Assembly (NCBI GenBank): GCA_013388645.1
Contig: JACAEV010000100.1
Coordinates: 24,934-88,933, forward strand
Source of the DNA: Syntrophaceae bacterium
Lineage (GTDB): Bacteria > Desulfobacterota > BSN033 > UBA1163
Direction: 5' to 3'
DNA length: 64,000 nt
Shown here: positions 29,250 through 38,650 of the stretch, in pieces
How the letters are laid out: every line of letters begins with the position of its first letter
How positions within the stretch are numbered: position 1 is the stretch's first letter
Notes under the pieces: model-generated
What the model was told of the DNA's origin: nothing
Databases searched by the model: none
What the model saw: only the letters and a program-made list of their open reading frames with translations
Made by a program: the position numbers and the translations under genes

Positions 29250-30368
29250 CTAAGTCCTGAGCTCCCGTAAGGTGCGCAGATAGCCAACGACATCCTCCCG
29301 GCTGAGCATGCCCTGAATTTGCCCATCTACCATCACGGGAAGTTGGTTGACTCCATCACGGTCCATCTCTTCCAGAGCTGCCCATAGTTCTGTATCGGGC
29401 TTCACCCGTTTTGTTCGCTCTATCGGGATCATGGCTTGAGCGCTGGTCGTGGTTGGCCATTCAGGTCGCGGAACCTCTTTAACGTGATGCAAAGTCAACA
29501 AACCAATAACCACGTCACTCCGTTTAACCACGAAACTCCTACGACCGCTCGCCAAAATGTGATCATCCACCAGGTGTTGCAAAGTAGTATCAGCAGGAAT
29601 GGCTATGTATTGCCGATTCATTGCCTGTGACACTTTATGGCCAGCCAGAATATCGTGGAGCGCCAGTTGCTGAACCTGACCCCTGGCGGCACTCTCCAGG
29701 AACCAGCCGATGAAGGCGATCCATATGCCGTTGATGAAGTTGCCGCCAAAGATCTGCCACACACCGAAGATGACGAAGAGGTAGGCGATGAATCGCCCCA
29801 CATTGGCGGCGATCAGGGTGGCCCGGCGCATGTTATGGGTGACACCCCAGACAATGGCTCGTAAGACACCACCTCCGTCCAGAGGGAAGCCTGGAACAAG
29901 ATTGAACAGGCCCAGCGCTCCGTTGATATAGGCCAGATATTTGGAGAGAGCAAGTAGCGGGGCGACACCTGCGAAGAAAGGCTGCATTAGACTGAAGAGG
30001 GCTGCCAAAGCGAAACTGACAGAAGGGCCGGCGATGGCAATCCAGAATCCGGCGGTGGCGCTGGGTGGTTCGGTGCCAATTAGGGATATACCACCGAAAA
30101 TATAGAGCGTGATGCTGCGGACTGGAACCTTATAGCGCATCGCCACCACCGAATGCCCCAGTTCATGGAGCAACACACTCACAAAAAGCATGATGGCTGT
30201 CACCGCTCCCATGGACCAATACTGCGCTACAGGCCAGTTCTTGAATTCAGCCGGGTAGTAGCCAACGGCCATCGTCCAGGTGATAAGCACAAAAATCAAA
30301 AACCAGGAATAGTCCAGCCCAATGGGGATACCCAGAATGTGTCCTAATGGAATCGTATGTCGGTTCAT
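29250..30368 (-). CDS. Site-2 protease (M50 metallopeptidase) with C-terminal CBS pair
   Basis: HELGHSVVAMRY HExxH motif in TM helix 2. C-terminal CBS domains (…DILAGHKVSQAMNRQYIAIPADTTLQHLV…). Confidence 0.85.
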   Translation of the reverse strand: MNRHTIPLGHILGIPIGLDYSWFLIFVLITWTMAVGYYPAEFKNWPVAQYWSMGAVTAIMLFVSVLLHELGHSVVAMRYKVPVRSITLYIFGGISLIGTEPPSATAGFWIAIAGPSVSFALAALFSLMQPFFAGVAPLLALSKYLAYINGALGLFNLVPGFPLDGGGVLRAIVWGVTHNMRRATLIAANVGRFIAYLFVIFGVWQIFGGNFINGIWIAFIGWFLESAARGQVQQLALHDILAGHKVSQAMNRQYIAIPADTTLQHLVDDHILASGRRSFVVKRSDVVIGLLTLHHVKEVPRPEWPTTTSAQAMIPIERTKRVKPDTELWAALEEMDRDGVNQLPVMVDGQIQGMLSREDVVGYLRTLRELRT

Positions 30369-30371
30369 AGA

Positions 30372-30725
30372 TTATCTCCTCCTATCTGTCGCAGGGGACA
30401 CCTGCAGGGCCAGTCCTTCCACGGCCTCGATAACCACCTGCTGACCAGGTTGCAAAGGCTGCGGAGAAGAGGCTCGCCAGATTTCACCTTCGTACTCAAC
30501 CTCAGCAGCATCTCCGTCGACCCTGACCACCACCGCTCGATCCCCAATCATCGCTCTTTTACCAATGACCGGGCGTCGACGCTGAGCCTGGATGATTTTC
30601 CAGTAGATGGCAAGCGAGACAACCAACATGACCATATACAACGGCAATGCTACCTGCCACCTTAGAAAGATGAACAGGGCAAAACCAAGTAGAGGCAATA
30701 CCAAAAGCAAATGATGCATCAGCAC
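30372..30725 (-). CDS. NfeD-like short-form membrane protein (OB-fold C-terminus)
   Basis: Two TM helices, then GDRAVVVRVDGDAAEVEYEGEIWRASSPQPLQPGQQVVIEAVEGLALQV, which resembles the NfeD OB-fold. Confidence 0.65.
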   Translation of the reverse strand: MLMHHLLLVLPLLGFALFIFLRWQVALPLYMVMLVVSLAIYWKIIQAQRRRPVIGKRAMIGDRAVVVRVDGDAAEVEYEGEIWRASSPQPLQPGQQVVIEAVEGLALQVSPATDRRR

Positions 30726-30831
30726 TCCCTTTCTTTTTTACACTCACTACTGAACCATACGCAGTAATCGAATATATCCCGGTCTTCTCCTGAGGGGCCC
30801 CGCTAACAGCGCCCGTCTGACTGAAGGATTT

Positions 30832-32769
30832 TTATGATACCAGTCGCGCCGGTGAAGTCTCCGCAGGGATCTTGCCTAACATCTTTCTGAGCTCCTCCCC
30901 CTGTACAATTTCCTCCTGGGAAAGCAAGTGGGCCAAGTTATCTAAAACATTCCGGTGAGCGGACAGGATTCCTCGCACCCTTTGATGAGCTTCCTCAATG
31001 ACCCGGGTGACTTCATCGTCAATTTGGGCGGCTTTCTTTTCACTGTAGGTTTTGTTGGGAGCAAAACCTTGTGGTAGGAACATAGGCTGACGAGGGCGCT
31101 CATACGTCGCCAGTCCCAGGGAATCACTCATGCTATATTCCGTGACCATGGACCGGGCAATGTCTGTAGCCCGCTGCAGGTCGTTTTGGGCCCCTGTGGA
31201 GATCTCTCCGAAAACTTGCTCCTCCGCTACCCTACCTCCTAAGAGAACAGCTAACCGGTCCAGTAGCTCCGACCGAGTCATTAAGTAGCGGTCCTCCGTG
31301 GGTTGCTGCTGGGTATATCCGAGAGCCGCAATCCCTCGGGGAATAATGGAGATTTTGTGCACCGGGTCGGCGTGCTCTACAGATTCAGCCACAATCGCAT
31401 GTCCGGATTCGTGGAAGGCAACAATTTCTTTCTCCTGCGGATTCATGACCCGGTTCTTTTTCTGCAGACCCCCAACCACCCGGTCGATGGCCTCGTCGAA
31501 ATCTGCTGACCCTACCCTATCTTTATTTTTCCGGGCAGCCAACAAGGCGGCTTCATTAACGAGGTTGGCTAGGTCAGCTCCCACAAAGCCCGGGGTGCGA
31601 CCGGCAACTTTTCGGAGATCCACTTCGGGACTTAAAAGAACATTCTTGGAATGGATTTTCAGGATGGCTTCTCGCCCATTGATATCCGGGCGGTCTACCA
31701 GGACCTGCCGATCAAACCGCCCCGGGCGTAACAAGGCAGGATCCAGGATTTCCGGCCGATTGGTGGCGGCCATGATGATGACCCCCTTATTCGTTTCGAA
31801 TCCGTCCATCTCCACCAGAAGCTGATTGAGGGTTTGCTCTTGCTCGTCATGTCCACCCATGACATTCATTCCCCGGGCTTTTCCTAATGCGTCCAGCTCA
31901 TCGATGAAGATGATGCAGGGGGCTTGGCTCGTGGCCTGAGAAAAAAGATCGCGAACGCGCGCTGCTCCCACGCCGACGAACATCTCCACGAACTCCGATC
32001 CGCTGATGCTGAAGAAAGGTACTTTTGCTTCCCCGGCCACCGCCCTGGCCAGAAGGGTTTTGCCAGTCCCCGGCGGGCCAACCAAAAGTACCCCTTTAGG
32101 AATCCTTCCCCCCAGTTTCTGAAACCTTCCCGGATTGCTCAAAAATTCCACTACTTCCTGGAGCTCTTCTTTGGCCTCATCGATTCCAGCGACATCGACA
32201 AAAGTGACCCTCGTCTCATTCTCGGCAAAAATCTTGGCTTTGCTCTTGCCAAAGGACATGACCCCCATCCCCGGCCCCATTTTTTTTATGGCAAACCACC
32301 AGATCAGAAAAAAAATACCAATAGGGATGATCCAGGAAAGAGCAGTGCTCAGGAATTTGCTCTCATAGTGCCCAGAGTAACTGATCTTGTGTTCATCCAG
32401 GTCTTTTACTAAGTCGGGATCATTCACCCGAACCGTGGTGAACTCCTCACCCGGCTTTTTTTCTTTTCCTATTAGCATTCCGGTGATATTCTCTGGGCTG
32501 ATGATCAATTTACTCACGGTACCCTCGGCTAAGTATTGTTTAAATTGGCTGTAGGGAATCGTCTCCATTTTTCGAGAAAGAAAGTATTGTTGCAAGTAGG
32601 TAAATAAAAGGAAGGCGATCAGGATATACCAGATGCTGAAATGAGCCTTGGGGGGCAAGGCATCCTTCTTTTTCTGGGGGTCCTGTGGACCCAAGAAGGA
32701 ACGAATTTTATCTTTTAAATTCTCGTCTGGTTCTTTTTTTCCATTGGATGGCATATTTTCTCTCCTCAT
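30832..32769 (-). CDS. ftsH: ATP-dependent zinc metalloprotease FtsH
   Basis: Walker A GPPGTGKT, second region of homology, HESGHAI zinc site. 645 aa. Confidence 0.95.
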   Translation of the reverse strand: MRRENMPSNGKKEPDENLKDKIRSFLGPQDPQKKKDALPPKAHFSIWYILIAFLLFTYLQQYFLSRKMETIPYSQFKQYLAEGTVSKLIISPENITGMLIGKEKKPGEEFTTVRVNDPDLVKDLDEHKISYSGHYESKFLSTALSWIIPIGIFFLIWWFAIKKMGPGMGVMSFGKSKAKIFAENETRVTFVDVAGIDEAKEELQEVVEFLSNPGRFQKLGGRIPKGVLLVGPPGTGKTLLARAVAGEAKVPFFSISGSEFVEMFVGVGAARVRDLFSQATSQAPCIIFIDELDALGKARGMNVMGGHDEQEQTLNQLLVEMDGFETNKGVIIMAATNRPEILDPALLRPGRFDRQVLVDRPDINGREAILKIHSKNVLLSPEVDLRKVAGRTPGFVGADLANLVNEAALLAARKNKDRVGSADFDEAIDRVVGGLQKKNRVMNPQEKEIVAFHESGHAIVAESVEHADPVHKISIIPRGIAALGYTQQQPTEDRYLMTRSELLDRLAVLLGGRVAEEQVFGEISTGAQNDLQRATDIARSMVTEYSMSDSLGLATYERPRQPMFLPQGFAPNKTYSEKKAAQIDDEVTRVIEEAHQRVRGILSAHRNVLDNLAHLLSQEEIVQGEELRKMLGKIPAETSPARLVS

Positions 32770-32916
32770 GGTTATTAAAATAATCCTGAAAAGATGATTG
32801 TCTCCGCTTCCGAGGAAGGCAAACTTTTTCTGCCTCGACGGAATGAGGAGCCGTTGTCAAAGAAGGACTTCCACCCTTGTCGATGCCTTCTGAGATCTTC
32901 AGGTGAGCATTTCGGT

Positions 32917-33384
32917 TTATTTATTCTTCTCTCCTCTCCTTACGATTAAGACAGGAATACGGATATCTTTATGGACCACTCCATAAGTGACACTCCCAAG
33001 GAATACAGCGGCCAGAGCACTCTTCCCATGGGAACCCAGAACAATAAGATTACATTTCGATCGTTCTGCTTCTTTTATAATCTCTTCACTAGGATGCCCA
33101 TTGGAGATAACCCCACGGCATGAAACATTTTTCTTTTCGCAAAGCTTCTTGACTTTAGCGACATCCGCTTTAGCTGCTTCTCTGAGAAATTCCTCCATCG
33201 GTTCCGTGATATTCGTCACTGTCATCTCAGGGGGCGCAGTATAAAGCGTTGAGAAAGATCGATTATCCATCACGCTCACTACGGTGATAGAAGCGCCAAG
33301 TTGCTTTGCAAGGTCTACCGCATATCGACTCGCTTTTAGGGCTGTCTCTGAACCATCGGTGGCTACAAGAATTTTTGAGATCAT
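32917..33384 (-). CDS. Universal stress protein
   Basis: KILVATDGSETALKASRYAV ... LIVLGSHGKSALAAVFLGSVTYGVV. UspA fold. Confidence 0.8.
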   Translation of the reverse strand: MISKILVATDGSETALKASRYAVDLAKQLGASITVVSVMDNRSFSTLYTAPPEMTVTNITEPMEEFLREAAKADVAKVKKLCEKKNVSCRGVISNGHPSEEIIKEAERSKCNLIVLGSHGKSALAAVFLGSVTYGVVHKDIRIPVLIVRRGEKNK

Positions 33385-33406
33385 GATTTTCTCCTTTTAT
33401 GAATTC

Positions 33407-33958
33407 TTATTCTCTGCTCCTATTCACCAAATTTGAGGACATAGTAACGATTTTATCCTCGATATATAACTCCTTAAATCCATTTTTCTCACAGAAAGAT
33501 AAGGCTACACGATTATCGAACCTAACCTTTGCGATGATTTCATCCACGAATGAAAACTTTTTTAAATTTTGTGCTAAGAGGTTCAATACCTTGCTTCCGT
33601 AACCAAGATGCCTCGTGTTTTCTTCAAAAATGAACAGCCCGATTTCAACAGATTTGCGAAACTTGAGATTATACAAGCCGATAAACCCAATTCTTCTCGA
33701 ATCAATAAGAATGCAGTAAGTACATGCGAAGGTTCTTTTAATCCACCACCATACGGGAAGCCATGAGGAGTAGATAGGTTTTTTCAAATTGTTTACAACC
33801 AAAAAGTCTTCTCTCTTAAATCCTTCACTCAAAAATGGACCATCCAAAATCCGTACCGGCCTCAACTTAATAGGAGGAGTTGCCATATATCTTGGAATGC
33901 GTACATAGAACATTCTTAATCCTGCTTTGCAAGTGGCTCTTATCTGACTCGTAGTCAT
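33407..33958 (-). CDS. GNAT-family N-acetyltransferase (start uncertain)
   Basis: RHLGYGSKVL (R/Q-x-x-G-x-G/A acetyl-CoA motif) and ALSFCEKNGFK. Possible later start at MATPPIKL. Confidence 0.6.
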   Translation of the reverse strand: MTTSQIRATCKAGLRMFYVRIPRYMATPPIKLRPVRILDGPFLSEGFKREDFLVVNNLKKPIYSSWLPVWWWIKRTFACTYCILIDSRRIGFIGLYNLKFRKSVEIGLFIFEENTRHLGYGSKVLNLLAQNLKKFSFVDEIIAKVRFDNRVALSFCEKNGFKELYIEDKIVTMSSNLVNRSRE

Positions 33959-34032
33959 AACTGATGCAGAGGAGAAGCCTTCATAAGCATAGCCAAAGAC
34001 CCCTTCAACTTTTTAACCCGGTTTTACTTGGT

Positions 34033-34287
34033 TTATTCTTCAAAATGCGGAGTTTCCGCCTTGCTTGCCACGACTTTCCCTGTAGCCGTGTCAAGAACGT
34101 AATACCCACTGCGAGCTTTGACTCCCTCTGCCTCGACCGCCCATGCAGAGATCTGATACCTTCCTTTCTTTTCATCTTCAGAAACTGCCAAAGCCGCCTT
34201 TGAAGAAAAGACGTTGTTTAATAGGTTGAGGAGAAGCAGTATCGAAACGATTCCTAAGAAGACTTTTGTTATTCGATCGGTTTCCAT
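34033..34287 (-). CDS. Small N-anchored or secreted protein (84 aa), hypothetical
   Basis: AAGGGAGG RBS. N-terminal hydrophobic helix FLGIVSILLLLNLL. Lies immediately downstream of the Cyc2-like gene. Confidence 0.45.
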   Translation of the reverse strand: METDRITKVFLGIVSILLLLNLLNNVFSSKAALAVSEDEKKGRYQISAWAVEAEGVKARSGYYVLDTATGKVVASKAETPHFEE

Positions 34288-34379
34288 AAGTGACCTCCCT
34301 TTTTGTTATACATTTTTTTCCTTCATTCAATGTTCCTTTTTCAGCTCTGACATCCAAACCATTGCCCTACCTTCAATGA

Positions 34380-35759
34380 TCAAAACATGAACCAAAGCAG
34401 GAAATAGAGCGTGTTGTTGTCAGAAGCGTCCCGGCCAAACCCGTCATAGTTCGAATGAGAGCCGTTGAATTTGTTGTAAAGTGTATACTGCAGGGAACAT
34501 TTGAGTGAAAGAAAATTGGTAATTTCGAGTCTTTGATAGTCTAATTCGAAAATCAAACCGTTGCTGTTCGGGCTGCCCGTTCGACTCCCATCCGCGGGGC
34601 CCGGCGCATAGAGCAAGATGTCTTTATTTCCGGTGGTGGAAAAAAATCCGGCTGACCCGCCGAAATCACCGATCGGGCTCCGGTAGGTGTAATGGCCGTG
34701 AATTTTGAAGGTATTCAAGTGGCCTGACTTCTTTGCGGTATTTCCTAAATCAAAACTCGCATTCCAATCTTGATACTCATGAATCCAGGTTGAATGCAAT
34801 GTAAAGATATGGCTTTTCACAATGTATTGATACTGGGTATCGAGGCCGATATCCGTGAAACGATCCGTAGGACCATGATGCATTCCCTCAGGATAGATAT
34901 CGGCGGTGAGGCCAAAGGTCCCCAGGGATAAGTAATGCTTTCTCCACTGTCGCTGGAGGACCAGGCGCCAATAGGGAACGATACCGTCCGTCTCCATATC
35001 CACGGTCGTGCCAGCGCCCAAGATTTTTGTGATCCCGTGGTCCGTCGTCCTGTACAAAGCCCCTCCCGCATAGATCATGTTATTCCAGAACACATAGGCT
35101 CCCATTCCGCCTACTTGCTGGTCTAAGGTCCCATCAATAATCGTACTTGCGGCAGGCGTTGGGGCGATGGGCGATGCAGCGTACGGGAAGCCGAAGGCGG
35201 GCGTACTGTTCCATACATCCTGGAGGGTCGGACTATTGTTGACCGTCACGCCATAGATCAGCTGCTTATTCCAAAGAGTCGTCGTATTTGCATATCGGAT
35301 ATCCGTCATATCCAGCATGACATCATTTTCTGCCCCGTCGAAGGTTCCCTGAACGAAAGCCCCAAGATGCCTGTAGATTCGTCCTCCATAGTACAAGCTC
35401 ATCTCTTGAGGTAAGCTCAGGACATTGTTATCCGTCGAGGTGACATGAGTGGCCCAATTGTCCTCGATCGATTTTCGCGGCAAGTCCTTCTTCAAATGGG
35501 TAAAAGAGAGTTGCACCAGACCAGCGAGGGGTGGCGGAAACTCATATGGTTTAGTGCTCTTGCTGATGGAATAACCTGTCAATTTAAAAAATCGTCCAAA
35601 AGGGGTGAGCTCAGGCCACATGGTATGGCAGGTCGTACAGGACATACCCGTTTGACGCGCGAAACTTGGCAAGGCATGGGTGTTGGGAGGTAAAAATAGC
35701 ATCCATCCCCCAATTAAGACCCATCCGATCCATGTAGTTCTTAACATCTTCCATAACAT
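34380..35759 (-). CDS. Cyc2-like fused monohaem cytochrome c / outer-membrane beta-barrel porin
   Basis: Signal peptide. A single CTTCH haem motif about 15 residues into the mature protein. The remaining ~400 residues show alternating amphipathic, aromatic-rich strands and end ...LYFLLWFMF (C-terminal Phe), as outer-membrane barrels do. Length 459 aa matches the Cyc2 family. Confidence 0.6.
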   Translation of the reverse strand: MLWKMLRTTWIGWVLIGGWMLFLPPNTHALPSFARQTGMSCTTCHTMWPELTPFGRFFKLTGYSISKSTKPYEFPPPLAGLVQLSFTHLKKDLPRKSIEDNWATHVTSTDNNVLSLPQEMSLYYGGRIYRHLGAFVQGTFDGAENDVMLDMTDIRYANTTTLWNKQLIYGVTVNNSPTLQDVWNSTPAFGFPYAASPIAPTPAASTIIDGTLDQQVGGMGAYVFWNNMIYAGGALYRTTDHGITKILGAGTTVDMETDGIVPYWRLVLQRQWRKHYLSLGTFGLTADIYPEGMHHGPTDRFTDIGLDTQYQYIVKSHIFTLHSTWIHEYQDWNASFDLGNTAKKSGHLNTFKIHGHYTYRSPIGDFGGSAGFFSTTGNKDILLYAPGPADGSRTGSPNSNGLIFELDYQRLEITNFLSLKCSLQYTLYNKFNGSHSNYDGFGRDASDNNTLYFLLWFMF

Positions 35760-35806
35760 TTTATCCTCACCCCTTTCCTAAGGCTTCACACTCTTAGCAA
35801 TGCCCT

Positions 35807-36163
35807 CTATGAGCCAGGTTTAAAGGCATGAGCTATGTAGTCCATGACAGCCTTAATCTGATCAGGGTTTAGGCCCATGGGCGGCATCATCCCATGGCCG
35901 TGCTCGATGGTATTGGTAATTATTTTATTGATGTCTTTCTGCTTCCAGAACTTAGGGTCCGTGAAGCTGGCTGGTTTAGGATTAAAGGCAGCGGCAGCCG
36001 GGCCATTACCATTTCCTTTTGGACCATGGCACATCTGACACTTATTCTCATAAATGTCTTTTCCCCGCTGGACCTCACTTGCCTCAATTCCCTTGACGTT
36101 CCAGGCCGTAAATCCTAATCCCAGGACCATTCCTGCGGCGAAAAAAACAATCATTTTCTTCAC
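35807..36163 (-). CDS. Class I monohaem cytochrome c (periplasmic)
   Basis: GTG start with AAGGAGG 7 nt upstream. Signal peptide, CQMCH haem site and distal HGHGMMPPMG Met-ligand region. 118 aa. Confidence 0.8.
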   Translation of the reverse strand: MKKMIVFFAAGMVLGLGFTAWNVKGIEASEVQRGKDIYENKCQMCHGPKGNGNGPAAAAFNPKPASFTDPKFWKQKDINKIITNTIEHGHGMMPPMGLNPDQIKAVMDYIAHAFKPGS

Positions 36164-36176
36164 AAGGTTACCTCCT

Positions 36177-38633
36177 TTATACGGGTATCCTTTCTGAGAC
36201 CCCTACCTTGAACTCCTCCCATTGAACGTAAAGCATCCCGTTTTCTACCTTGAATGGCAGCGTATCAAGGGGGCGGGGTGCTGGCCCTTTAAGCACTTTT
36301 CCATCGATGGAATAAACACTCCCATGGCAGGGACACGCAAAGGTTTTGCTTTGTGGGTCCCAGTCATAATGGCAGCCAAGATGTGGACAGATTGGAGAAT
36401 AGACGGCAAACCCCGTGACCCCCGAGGACGATCGTTTGATGATCCAAACGCTATGTGTGACCGTCTCCATTAGATAAGCATCCTGGGTGTTGAAAGAAAA
36501 ATCTATATTTTGAGGTTTCCCTGTAGGCAATGAATGGATATCCGCTATTTTAGTCCAGGTAAGTTTTTTTCTTTGAAAGGATGGGCCAATCAAATTTCCG
36601 ATAAGAGGAATCCCAATAGCCAAGGTGATCAGAGAGCTTAACCCTCCTATCATCATCTTCAGAAAACTGCGGCGTGTTGTTTCGTGCGTCCCAGCCGAGT
36701 GGCTCCCTTTTTTCGTGTCTGAACCGGAGGGAGTTCCTTTCGCCTTCACTCCCTTCAGAATCCAAAGTCCACCAATGACAATGATAAAGGTCGCTGCGAC
36801 CAGCCAGAAGAAGAGATGGGGTTGAAGGCCGGGACGGACGAGCTTGGCCCGATCCACTCCGTTCAGCCACAGGATATAGGCTTCTATATTTGCGATGGTT
36901 GGCTGGTTAAGCGAGTTAGAATCTCCAAAGGGAAGCATCTGTAGAGCTGGATTCGGACCTTCTGGTCTTGAACCATGCAGGATAAAACGGTCGATGTTAT
37001 CCGTAAAAGTTCGAGGGTCTTTGTTGAAAAGCTCTGGATCAATTGGATTGAGGGGGGGAACGGTTCCATCCTCTGAGCCTGGATTTGGAACTTTACCCGT
37101 TCCTTTTGGACCGTGGCAGGCTTCACAGTGTTGTTGGAACAGAATGGCTCCTCGACCAAAACTTCCGATAACATTTGCCGCTGGCCCCGGCTGTCCGTGA
37201 GGGCCGACGATTAATTTTTCCTGTATGGTCATTGTGGCCATCTGTGGCATAGGAGGGACTGCTGAAGAAGATTTGCCTGAAGCTAAATTTTGTAGATAAT
37301 CGACGATCTCATTGAGCTGATGGTCGGTGGCTGAGGAAAAAGCGGGCATGATCGTATTCAGGTTGTGTTTTTTCGGATCTCGAATCTGGGTGATCAACCA
37401 TTGTCGCGATTTACCTTTTAACGATTCGGAAGATAATTCAGGCCCCACCGTACCTCCTTGACCATTTACCCGGTGGCATCGAATGCAGCCCATGGAATGG
37501 AAGAGTTGAGCCCCCTTCGAGGCACTTTCTGATATTTGAGTAGGTGGGATGGTTTGGGATAATGGAGTCTGAGAACTTGCGGTTTCTGGTTTGCTGAAAT
37601 ATCCTACAACGGCAAGGATAATCACCCATGCAACAAAAATCAGGTAACCTGACATTGTGATCGGGCGGCGAGATGGGTTTCGCTCTGGGGTTCGATCTAT
37701 GAAAGGAAGAAATACGAGGAGTAACGTGACGAAAAGGGGAATCCCGACTGTACCAATGGGTTCAAGCCTTCCGGGAAAGGCTTTCAGGGTTTGATACAAA
37801 AAGAGAAAATACCACTCCGGTTTAGGAACATAGGAGGTATCCATAGGATTCTTGGGACCAGCAATAGGGGTGCGAATATATGCGGCAAGCCCCACTAAGA
37901 TCACAAAGACAAACGTAATGACTACCGTATCTTTAAAAACCTGATCTGGCCAGAAACGCCCGATGATTTTGCGTTTCTCTTGATTCCAGGGACCTGAAAT
38001 TCCAGATTGGCGAAAAGCGATGATATGTAAGATCACTAAAACGAAAACGATTCCAGGAAGAATCGCTACATGGAGCACAAAGAACCGGGAGAGCGTCATC
38101 TGTCCAAGGTTTGGACCACCGCGCAACAAATTTGTTGCCAGATCACCTAAGTAGGGCACCGTACCTGCCATACTGGTACCTACTTCGACCTCCCAATAAC
38201 CTCTTTGGTCCCATGGGAGAACCGGTCCTGTGAATCCCAGCGCCAGCGTACATATCAAGAGTCCTACACCGAGCAGCCATGTCAGTTGCCGTGGTTGTTT
38301 GTAAGCGCCCCAGATAAAGACACGGGACATGTGAAGTCCCACCAGAATGATCATGGCAGCTGCTCCCCAGTAATGGAGCCCATGGATCAACCAACCAAAA
38401 GGAACTTCGATACGCAGGTAATTCAGGCTATCGTAGCCATGACTGATCGTAGGAACAAAGTAGAAGAGCTGCCACAAACCTGTGATGACTTGAATGAGAA
38501 AAGTCGTTAAGACCGAACTGCCGAAGATGTAAACAAAGCTATCTCCTCCGGGCATTTCCTCTTCAAGGCCTAAACGAATCAATCCATTAAGAGGCCAACG
38601 CTCATTAATCCAACGCATCACACGTGAAACCAT
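36177..38633 (-). CDS. Single-polypeptide cytochrome bc complex: cytochrome b6 plus subunit IV, dihaem cytochrome c and Rieske iron-sulfur protein in one frame
   Basis: There is no stop codon across the whole ORF. Bis-His pairs HYWGAAAMIILVGLH and HVAILPGIVFVLVILH, and the PEWYFLFLYQ motif. Two CxxCH (CIRCH, CEACH) with MPAF / MLPFG ligands. An extra TM helix, then a TRRSFLK twin-arginine-like motif, a TM anchor and Rieske boxes CPHLGC...CPCHGS. The track ORF starts at a TTG at 38654. The ATG at 38633 (MVSRVMRWINERWPLNG) lies 18 nt after the S10 stop and is the more likely start. Confidence 0.8.
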   Translation of the reverse strand: MVSRVMRWINERWPLNGLIRLGLEEEMPGGDSFVYIFGSSVLTTFLIQVITGLWQLFYFVPTISHGYDSLNYLRIEVPFGWLIHGLHYWGAAAMIILVGLHMSRVFIWGAYKQPRQLTWLLGVGLLICTLALGFTGPVLPWDQRGYWEVEVGTSMAGTVPYLGDLATNLLRGGPNLGQMTLSRFFVLHVAILPGIVFVLVILHIIAFRQSGISGPWNQEKRKIIGRFWPDQVFKDTVVITFVFVILVGLAAYIRTPIAGPKNPMDTSYVPKPEWYFLFLYQTLKAFPGRLEPIGTVGIPLFVTLLLVFLPFIDRTPERNPSRRPITMSGYLIFVAWVIILAVVGYFSKPETASSQTPLSQTIPPTQISESASKGAQLFHSMGCIRCHRVNGQGGTVGPELSSESLKGKSRQWLITQIRDPKKHNLNTIMPAFSSATDHQLNEIVDYLQNLASGKSSSAVPPMPQMATMTIQEKLIVGPHGQPGPAANVIGSFGRGAILFQQHCEACHGPKGTGKVPNPGSEDGTVPPLNPIDPELFNKDPRTFTDNIDRFILHGSRPEGPNPALQMLPFGDSNSLNQPTIANIEAYILWLNGVDRAKLVRPGLQPHLFFWLVAATFIIVIGGLWILKGVKAKGTPSGSDTKKGSHSAGTHETTRRSFLKMMIGGLSSLITLAIGIPLIGNLIGPSFQRKKLTWTKIADIHSLPTGKPQNIDFSFNTQDAYLMETVTHSVWIIKRSSSGVTGFAVYSPICPHLGCHYDWDPQSKTFACPCHGSVYSIDGKVLKGPAPRPLDTLPFKVENGMLYVQWEEFKVGVSERIPV

Positions 38634-38650
38634 GTATCGTTCTTTCAAGT

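Noticed and set aside
31298-31825. 175-aa plus-strand ORF
   Set aside because: Antisense to ftsH. Pro/Arg/Ser-rich, as expected for a shadow frame.
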